Assembly (NCBI GenBank): GCA_022844165.1 | Contig: JALHMH010000012.1 | Coordinates: 32,001 to 96,000, forward strand | Length of the DNA stretch: 64,000 nt | Direction of reading: 5' to 3' | DNA from: Lysobacterales bacterium | GTDB lineage: Bacteria > Pseudomonadota > Gammaproteobacteria > Xanthomonadales > SZUA-5 | Shown: positions 35,132 to 42,347 of the stretch, one piece after another | How the letters are laid out: every line of letters starts with the position of its first letter | Numbering within the stretch: the first letter of the stretch is position 1 | Notes under the pieces: generated by a model | The model's input: the letters and a program-made list of their open reading frames with translations, nothing else | Databases searched by the model: none | Told to the model about the DNA's origin: nothing | Position numbers and translations under genes: made by a program

Positions 35132-35310
35132 GGCGAGCGCCTTTGGGATCGCGATCCGCCCTGGTTCCAGAACGTCCTTAGGCGCTTGAGCAGGCCGATT
35201 CCGGTCTTGCATCCGAATGGTGCCCTGCGGCAGTAACAACAGCAAATCGTGCTTTGTCGCGATTTGCTGGCCATCAGAGCCAGCGTCTTCTCTCTATTTG
35301 AGGATGCGCT

Positions 35311-36702
35311 ATGAGACGTGTACTTTTGATTGTCGCTTTGGCAGCGAGTTCGAGCCTGTTCGCATCAAGTCATCGCGAAGCGCCTGGCATCACCAGGACG
35401 CCCAAGGTCGATGCGACCGATTTCTATATGTTTCGCAGCTACGAGCAGGGTCGCGATGGCTTCGTGACTTTGATCGCCAACTATCTGCCGCTGCAAGACG
35501 CCTACGGTGGCCCCAACTACTTCTCGCTCGATCCAGAGGCGCTGTACGAGATTCATGTCGACAATAATGGCGATGCGGTCGAAGATCTCACATTTCAGTT
35601 TCGCTTCCAGAACTTTTCCCAAGACTTGAGGATTCCGGTCAATGGTGTACCGGTCGCAGTGCCGCTGATCAATATCGGTCAGTTCGGCAATACACCTGAG
35701 GCGAATGACGCCGTCAAGAATCTGCTCGAAACCTATACGGTTGGCGTCATTCGAGGCGATCGCAACTTCGGCGATCCGGTGCTTGCACAGAACGCATCCA
35801 TGTCGAATGTGACGCGCTTCCGCAAGCCCTTCGACTACATTGGTACGAAGTCCCAGCCGAACTATGCGCAGTACGCCGACAGTCACATTTGGCGTATCGC
35901 AATCCCCGGCTGCGGCGAGGGCAAGGTCTTTGTTGGTCAGCGCAACGATCCTTTCAGCGTCAATCTGGGCGAAATTTTCGATTTGATCAATCTCAATCCG
36001 CTCGGACCGGTGAACGGTGAGAGCAATACCATTGCCGATAAAAACGTCACGAGCTTGATACTGGAAGTTCCGATCGACTGTGTGCGCGGCAACTCGGACA
36101 TCATTGGCGCGTGGACCACGGCCAGTCTGCCCGGCAAGGACGGCACGGTTTCGAGTGCGCGGCGCCCGTTTCGCCAGGTATCGCGTTTGAGCGCGCCGCT
36201 GGTGAACGAGGTGGTCATCGGCATTCCGGACAAGGACCGCTTCAACGCTTCCGAACCGCGCAACGATGGCCAGTTCGCACAGTACGTGACGAATCCGACG
36301 CTTCCGGAGTTGATCGAGATTCTGTTTGCCGCACCGGCGCCGAACCAGTTTCCGCGCACCGATCTGGTCGCCGCGTTTTTGACGGGCGTGAACGGACTGA
36401 ACCAACCACCGAATGTGACGCCCGCCGAGATGATGCGGCTGAACCTTGGAATTGCACCCAAGGCTGCCGCAGCGCAAAGCAATCTTGGCGTGCTGGGCGG
36501 GGACACCGCGGGGTTTCCTAACGGACGGCGCCCAGGCGACGATGTTGTTGACATCGAACTACGTGTCGCCATGGGCGCGCTGTTGCCCAGTGACGTTGCT
36601 CCGGCGGGACAATTGCCCATCACTGATGGCGCCACGGTCAACGCAACGCAGTTCCGCAGCGCTTTTCCGTACCTGAATACGCCCATTCCAGGCGCCCGTT
36701 AG
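35311..36702 (+). CDS. Secreted DUF4331 family protein
   Basis: Signal peptide then SSHREAP; DFYMFRSYE, FVGQRNDPF, QVSRL.APLVNE and GFPNGRRPGDDVVDI motifs. Confidence 0.9.
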   Translation: MRRVLLIVALAASSSLFASSHREAPGITRTPKVDATDFYMFRSYEQGRDGFVTLIANYLPLQDAYGGPNYFSLDPEALYEIHVDNNGDAVEDLTFQFRFQNFSQDLRIPVNGVPVAVPLINIGQFGNTPEANDAVKNLLETYTVGVIRGDRNFGDPVLAQNASMSNVTRFRKPFDYIGTKSQPNYAQYADSHIWRIAIPGCGEGKVFVGQRNDPFSVNLGEIFDLINLNPLGPVNGESNTIADKNVTSLILEVPIDCVRGNSDIIGAWTTASLPGKDGTVSSARRPFRQVSRLSAPLVNEVVIGIPDKDRFNASEPRNDGQFAQYVTNPTLPELIEILFAAPAPNQFPRTDLVAAFLTGVNGLNQPPNVTPAEMMRLNLGIAPKAAAAQSNLGVLGGDTAGFPNGRRPGDDVVDIELRVAMGALLPSDVAPAGQLPITDGATVNATQFRSAFPYLNTPIPGAR

Positions 36703-36791
36703 CAGGCTGTTGAGAAACAGCCTGCGGGCGCGAACCATGGATGGTTCGCACATGGGAGAAACGCACAGGAAGTGCGTTTCTCAACAATGTG
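36703..36791. mobile_element. 89-bp MITE-like element with terminal inverted repeats and TTAG direct repeats
   Basis: Left end CAGGCTGTTGAGAAAC matches the right-end reverse complement CACATTGTTGAGAAAC at 13/16. TTAG at 36699-36702 and 36792-36795. Three internal hairpins. Confidence 0.8.
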
Positions 36792-36937
36792 TTAGTCCAT
36801 CGGCATCTGGTTCGGACATTTCGTCACCAGAAGTACGAAATGTCCGGACCGATGTTGTAACTCACAGCGTCTCGCTTCGGCGAGTCGCGAGTGCGGTTGA
36901 CGCGCACGATGCAGAAAACCACAGATCGCTCGCCCCT

Positions 36938-38035
36938 ATGCCCATGCTCGGCCCACTTTTGCTGATCTCCGCGATCGCTGCAACACCTTATCGCCCGACC
37001 GACGATGCACTGGTGCTCGGCCCTGTGACCAGCGATGCACCATCGGCGCTGAAGGAGCTGCGCGCAATCCAGAGCCCAGGCAGCGCCGCGGAATTCGCGC
37101 GGCGCATGTTGCTGCGCGCCGAAGAATCCCAGGACCCAACGTTTGCGCAATACGCGCTTGCCGCGGTCGAACGCCAGCCCGGTGCGGACGCAGAACAGCG
37201 CGTTCTGCGTGCAACAATCCTACAGCGCCTGCATCGTTTCGATGCGGCTCTGGCAGAGCTCGATGTCGCGCTTGAAGCCCCAGATCCGCCGGCCCAAGGA
37301 TATTTCGTACGGGCGGTACTGCGCACGCTTCGCGCCGATTATGCCGGCGCACTCCGCGACTGCGCGGCATTGCTCGGGCGAATCGAAGCGCTGGGTGTTG
37401 CTGCATGCGCTGCACTTCCTCGTGCGCGCTCCGGCCAGGCGGAGATCGCATATTCGGCGCTGGTTGACATGCTCGATGCCAGTACTGGAGACAACGAGGT
37501 TACACGTTACGCCCATGGTGTTGCGGCCGAGCTGGCGTGGCGGCTGGCAAAGCCCGACGCGCTGGAACGGCTCCGTCGCGCGGCCGCGCACGGCAAACCG
37601 CTTCAGCGTCTTGCGTATGCCGATGCTTTGATTGCGCTCGGCCACAACGAAGAAGCGCTGACGGCAATCGATGCAATGCCGGGCGAAGGCGCAATGTTGC
37701 GCCGCGCGCGGGCGTTGTGTGCCGTTGGCGACAAGGAGTCGCTGCCAGCGCTCGTGTCTGCCCTGTGGGCGGGGATTGATGCTCGGGCGCTGCGCGGCGA
37801 CGCCAGTCACGCTCGCGAAGATGCGTACTTCTTCGCGTACATCGAGCGTGACGCAAAGCGCGCGCTCAAGGCCGCCCAGGCGAACTTCAAGGAGCAGAAA
37901 GAACCGATCGACGCAGAGTTGTTGCTCGACGCGGCGGAACTGGCGGGCGACGATCCTGCAATGGAATCGGTGCGCCGCTGGCTCAGTACTCATGCCATCG
38001 CCGACGCGCATCTTGAACAGCGGTTAGCGCGATGA
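36938..38035 (+). CDS. Exported TPR-like helical-repeat protein (DUF4331-associated)
   Basis: Short signal peptide, A.P.RP.DD..VL start, ATILQRLHRFDAALAELD TPR-like helices and NFKEQKEP motif. Start is 36938 or 36944. Confidence 0.78.
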   Translation: MPMLGPLLLISAIAATPYRPTDDALVLGPVTSDAPSALKELRAIQSPGSAAEFARRMLLRAEESQDPTFAQYALAAVERQPGADAEQRVLRATILQRLHRFDAALAELDVALEAPDPPAQGYFVRAVLRTLRADYAGALRDCAALLGRIEALGVAACAALPRARSGQAEIAYSALVDMLDASTGDNEVTRYAHGVAAELAWRLAKPDALERLRRAAAHGKPLQRLAYADALIALGHNEEALTAIDAMPGEGAMLRRARALCAVGDKESLPALVSALWAGIDARALRGDASHAREDAYFFAYIERDAKRALKAAQANFKEQKEPIDAELLLDAAELAGDDPAMESVRRWLSTHAIADAHLEQRLAR

Positions 38036-39135
38036 GGTTTCTGACGGCACTGTTGTTATGCGTCGCCGGCAGTGCGGCTGCGCATCAGCCGAGCACCGCG
38101 TACCTGGCGCTCACCGTGAGTGGATCCAACATCGAAGGCCGCTTAGACATCGCGATCGACGATGCGCAGCGTGTGTTCGCGTTGGACGCGAACAGCGATG
38201 GTTTGGCCACCTGGGGCGAGGCGCTTGCCATCGAAACGAACCTGCAACAACTGCCCGGCGAGGCGCTCGTATTGGCGCTGGACGGCGAGCCGTGTCGCTT
38301 CGCCCCGGCGCCGATCGCATTGGTGGAACACAGCGACGGCAACTATCTGGCATTGCGTTTTACTTCGACCTGCACGCGCAGCGGCGCGCTTGACGTACGC
38401 TATAACTGGCTGGTCGATGTCGATTCCGATCATCGGTTGTTGGCGCGGATTGATCACGGCGGCGAACAAAGCGCCGTGTTCAGTAGCGAATCGCGGCGCG
38501 CGCGAATTGAGCCAGGAGCGCCTCAGGGCAGCGCAGCTTTTGCCGCGTTCTTCTGGCAAGGCGTGCTGCATATCGGCCTTGGGTTGGACCATTTGTTGTT
38601 CCTGAGCTGTCTGCTGCTACCCGCAGTGGTGTGCTATCGCGGTGGGCGCTACGAAGTCGCCGCCTCTGCGTGGATGGCGTTTGTCGATGTGGTCAAGGTG
38701 ATTACCGCGTTTACGGTGGCGCACGCATTGAGTCTGACGGCGGTCACGTTCGAGTGGCTGCGTTTGCCGGTGCGTCTGGTTGAGGCCATGGTGGCAGCGA
38801 CCATTCTGTTTGCGGCGCTCAACAACGTCCTGCCACTGGCCCGCAACGAGCGCCTTTGGGCCGTTGCATTCGGGTTCGGCGCAATCCATGGCGCCGGTTA
38901 CGCTTCGGTGCTGGCGGGTCTGGAACTATCGAGCGCATCGATGTTACTCGCGCTCCTGGGTTTCAACCTAGGTGTCGAAGGTGCACAAGTCGCTGCTGCA
39001 TCCATTTTCCTGCCTGTCGCGTATCTGTTTCGTCACCTGAAGCTCTATCGCCTCGTGCTGACCCTTGGTTCTCTGTTGATCGCCGGAGTGGCGTTGTTAT
39101 GGCTCATCGAGCGCAGTTTCAATGTGCAGTTCTGA
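38032..39135 (+). CDS. HupE/UreJ-family protein (periplasmic N-domain plus TM domain)
   Basis: Signal AAA-H, HIGLGLDHLLFL, TAFTVAHALSL, FGFGAIHGAG and FNLGVE motifs. Confidence 0.9.
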   Translation: MRFLTALLLCVAGSAAAHQPSTAYLALTVSGSNIEGRLDIAIDDAQRVFALDANSDGLATWGEALAIETNLQQLPGEALVLALDGEPCRFAPAPIALVEHSDGNYLALRFTSTCTRSGALDVRYNWLVDVDSDHRLLARIDHGGEQSAVFSSESRRARIEPGAPQGSAAFAAFFWQGVLHIGLGLDHLLFLSCLLLPAVVCYRGGRYEVAASAWMAFVDVVKVITAFTVAHALSLTAVTFEWLRLPVRLVEAMVAATILFAALNNVLPLARNERLWAVAFGFGAIHGAGYASVLAGLELSSASMLLALLGFNLGVEGAQVAAASIFLPVAYLFRHLKLYRLVLTLGSLLIAGVALLWLIERSFNVQF

Positions 39136-39548
39136 TCGTTTGTTGCCTCGCTGCTGCCAGCGCTTTCGGTCACGGTGCCGGCTTTCAACGCGATTCGGCG
39201 CAGGCCATGGTGTTGCGCTTTGGCTATTCCACCGGCGAACCGATGAGCGATACCGATGTGGTGGTCCATGGTCCCGATCAATCGATCGCATTGCGCACGC
39301 GAACCGATCGTGACGGCCGGGTCGCCTTTGTGCCAACAACGCCGGGGGAGTGGCAGGCACAAATCGACGACGGACTGGGACACGAGGTCGCCGCCAAGGT
39401 GCTGGTCGATGACGACGGTGCGGTATCGATGCGTGGCGAAGCGCAGCGTGTGGCGGTCCCACAAACGTTGCTGCTGCTTCTGCTCGCGGCCTCGGTTCTG
39501 GGCAACGTGGTCCAGGCGTTCCGGCGCCGATCGTCGTCCAGCAAATAA
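39099..39548 (+). CDS. CbiL/NikL-like small exported protein with C-terminal TM anchor
   Basis: GGAG RBS; AFG-HG; YSTGEPMS..V.V.GP, TDRDGRVAFVP..PGEW and DDGLGH motifs; C-terminal hydrophobic helix. Confidence 0.7.
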   Translation: MAHRAQFQCAVLIVCCLAAASAFGHGAGFQRDSAQAMVLRFGYSTGEPMSDTDVVVHGPDQSIALRTRTDRDGRVAFVPTTPGEWQAQIDDGLGHEVAAKVLVDDDGAVSMRGEAQRVAVPQTLLLLLLAASVLGNVVQAFRRRSSSSK

Positions 39549-39567
39549 CATCTATCTGAGACCTGCT

Positions 39568-41505
39568 ATGAAACGGATTTTGGTACTACTCGCAATCGGC
39601 GGCTCGCTCCACGCCCATGACTTGACCACGCTGCCGCAAGTCGAGGCGGTAGGGCAGTCCAAAAGTCGCATCAATCTGGGCCGCGCGGTTGAACAATTGC
39701 CCGCCGGTACGGTGGTGCTCGATAGCGAAGATCTGCAAGCAATGAACATCGGCCACGTGATGGACATTTTCCGCACCAGCGCTGGTTTGGTTGTGCGCCA
39801 TATCAACCAGGGCGATGTCGGCGACGACTTCGGTTTGCGGGGATTTTCGGGTGGCCACGGTGTCGATGCTGCGGTTTTCGTCGATGGTGTGCCAATCAAT
39901 CAGGTCAACGGTCGCACGCATGGCCTTGCCGACCTCAACTGGCTGCTGCCGCAGATGATCGAACGGGTCGAGATCACCAAGGGTCCGTTTTCGGCGCGCA
40001 GCGGCAATTTCGCGTTGGGCGGCGTTGTCAATATCGTGACCAAAGCCGGCATGGACGGCGGACAAATCGATGCCACCGCCGGGAAGTTTGGTTTTGGTCA
40101 GGCCGTGGTGAGCTATGGCAAAGGTGCGTCGTATTTGACTGGCGAAGGCTTCACGACCGATGGATTTCGCGACAACGCATTCTCTGAGCGTACCAGTGTG
40201 TTTGCGAAACACAGCTTCGGCAATGATGAGCATCGCTTCAGCGTCGTGGCGCAATGGGATTCGCGACGCTTCGGTGCGCCGGCCTATTTGCCGGTCGACG
40301 ACGTTGTCGCAGGGCGTCGGGCCCGCACCGAGGCGATTAACAACAGTGATGGTGGCGATGTCGATCACGCTCAGGCCTACCTGACTTACTTTGGCGAGAT
40401 TAACGATCACACGGCGATCGATGCGCGCGCCTATGCCATTGCCGACGAACGCTCGCGCTTCGCAGACTTCGGCACCGGGCAGTCGGTGACCTTCACGGAA
40501 GGAACCACGTTTGGGCTCAGCGCCGACGTCGAACATTCGTGGGCGTCCTTCCTGCTGGCCGGGGGTGCCGACTTGCGTTTCGACGATACCGAACGCCTCG
40601 CACAGCGCAGCGTGCGCCGGATGCCTGGCGCGCAGACCAGCGATCGCTCGGCGGAGGTGTTGCAAACCAGCCTTTATGCCGAAGCGCAGTGGGCGCCAGT
40701 CGATACGCTCAGAGCGACACTGGGCGTGCGTTGGGATCAATTCGACAGCGACGTTGAGAATCGTTTCAACAGCAGCGCCAGCGGCAGTGGCAAGGGCGAT
40801 GCACTCAGTCCCAAGTTTGGCATTGCCTGGCGTCCGGCAGAGTTCGTGGAGTTCTACGCCAATCGTGGTCGTGGCTTGCGCTCACCTTCGCAAGTCGAAC
40901 TCTCGCCGGACACCCGTGGTGCACGATTCCAGGACCTGGAACCCTTCGAGGTCAAGAGCAACGACATTGGTGTGCGCCTTTCCTGGGGCAGCGCCTTCAG
41001 CGCGGAACTGGCCGTCTACGACACCCGAACCAACGGCGAGTTCGTGCAGGTGGCGCCGGGTGAGTTCGCCAATCTGGGTTCAACCACGCGTGATGGTGTC
41101 GAAGGCGAATTGCGTTGGCGCGGTCAGTGGCTGGAGGCATTTTTTGGCGCGTCGCGTGTCGATGCCGAATTGGTGTCGACGAGCAGTGCCCGCGAGGTGA
41201 CCGGCGTGCCGGGCAATTCGCAGGTCGCGGGCCTGACCTGGCGACCGGAGACTTATGTGTTCGACGTCTACGCTCAGCGCCATGGACGTGCCCCGCTCAA
41301 CGCGGCCGGCAGCATCTTTCGTGAGCCGGTGGTGTCGTTGTCGGCGAAGATCAGCCGACAGTTCGAGCGGTTTCGCGCTTTCGCGCAATTCACATTCAAT
41401 CCAGACGACGAGCGCTCGGAAACGCAGTTCCTGATTAACGGCCGAAACGCGTTCGACCCCTTGCCCACCTTCGATGCGCAGATCGGGGTTTCGGTGCCTT
41501 TGTGA
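39568..41505 (+). CDS. TonB-dependent receptor
   Basis: Signal peptide, plug motif LRGF..GHG.D..VFVDGVPIN, IERVEITKGPFSA..GNFALGGVVN and beta-barrel periodicity. Confidence 0.92.
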   Translation: MKRILVLLAIGGSLHAHDLTTLPQVEAVGQSKSRINLGRAVEQLPAGTVVLDSEDLQAMNIGHVMDIFRTSAGLVVRHINQGDVGDDFGLRGFSGGHGVDAAVFVDGVPINQVNGRTHGLADLNWLLPQMIERVEITKGPFSARSGNFALGGVVNIVTKAGMDGGQIDATAGKFGFGQAVVSYGKGASYLTGEGFTTDGFRDNAFSERTSVFAKHSFGNDEHRFSVVAQWDSRRFGAPAYLPVDDVVAGRRARTEAINNSDGGDVDHAQAYLTYFGEINDHTAIDARAYAIADERSRFADFGTGQSVTFTEGTTFGLSADVEHSWASFLLAGGADLRFDDTERLAQRSVRRMPGAQTSDRSAEVLQTSLYAEAQWAPVDTLRATLGVRWDQFDSDVENRFNSSASGSGKGDALSPKFGIAWRPAEFVEFYANRGRGLRSPSQVELSPDTRGARFQDLEPFEVKSNDIGVRLSWGSAFSAELAVYDTRTNGEFVQVAPGEFANLGSTTRDGVEGELRWRGQWLEAFFGASRVDAELVSTSSAREVTGVPGNSQVAGLTWRPETYVFDVYAQRHGRAPLNAAGSIFREPVVSLSAKISRQFERFRAFAQFTFNPDDERSETQFLINGRNAFDPLPTFDAQIGVSVPL

Positions 41506-41548
41506 CGACATTCATCGTTTCCATTGCAGATTCGACAGGAGCATCTCT

Positions 41549-42202
41549 GTGAAATACACAATATCGCTGGCGTTACTGGTTTTCGCGACTCAGGTGGGTG
41601 CGCACGATGTTTATGTCGATGCGACCGGTCTGGTCGTGTACGGGCATCCAGGTCAGCATGAGCCGTATCCTGCCAGCAAGCTGCGTAGCGTTCAGGCGAT
41701 TGGTGCGGACGGGCAGATACGATTGCCCGGCATCGAGCGGCGAAACGAGATGAGCTATCTCAACACTGAAGGTGCTGCGGTGATCCATGTTGACTTCGAC
41801 AACGGCCTGTTTGCCAAGACGCCGGAGGCAGGCAAATTCGTGCCCGGCGGCCGCGATCAGCACCCAGGTGCCACCGAGGTTCGAAATTTCGTCAAGTACG
41901 GAAGATCCGTCTTCGTTTTCGCCGATCCGGCACTCAAGCCCAGCGGTGCCAAGTTTGAAATCGTGCCGTTGCGAGCACCGGCCGACGGGTTATTGGCGGT
42001 CGAGGTGCGGTTCGAGGGTCAACCTCTCGCGGCGGCTGTTGTCAGTCATGGCGACTCAACCAGTGTCGCTGATGCAAGTGGGCGTGTGATGTTGCCGCAT
42101 GCGCCGGATGCTCCGCAGCTGTATACCTCGCGGCATGAGCAGCCCGGTGTGGGTGCGGTAGATCGCGTGGTCTACGGCGCGGCATTGTGGGTTGCGCCGT
42201 AA
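41549..42202 (+). CDS. DUF4198 / NikK-like exported protein
   Basis: AGGAG RBS with GTG start; VGA-HDVYV...YGHP; KFEIVPL..P, V.FEGQPL and ADASGRV motifs. Confidence 0.78.
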   Translation: MKYTISLALLVFATQVGAHDVYVDATGLVVYGHPGQHEPYPASKLRSVQAIGADGQIRLPGIERRNEMSYLNTEGAAVIHVDFDNGLFAKTPEAGKFVPGGRDQHPGATEVRNFVKYGRSVFVFADPALKPSGAKFEIVPLRAPADGLLAVEVRFEGQPLAAAVVSHGDSTSVADASGRVMLPHAPDAPQLYTSRHEQPGVGAVDRVVYGAALWVAP

Positions 42203-42347
42203 CGGCGGATCAGTACCAGGGGTCAGGCCAAGCCGGGACAAAGTGGGCAAAAGCAAGGCGCGCACGCGGCGGCTGCGTTCGGACCCTTCACCCGAACCCG
42301 ATTTGCCGGTACGCTTCCGCCCCTTGTGCAGGGGAGGACGGCCCACA

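Noticed and set aside
36710-36937. N-terminal extension of the TPR ORF given in the ORF track
   Set aside because: It runs through the MITE and hairpins. The signal-peptide-like start is at 36938/36944.
42203-42347. Riboswitch upstream of the GGDEF/EAL gene
   Set aside because: Only short hairpins are present (one overlaps the RBS), with no recognisable c-di-GMP or other aptamer consensus.
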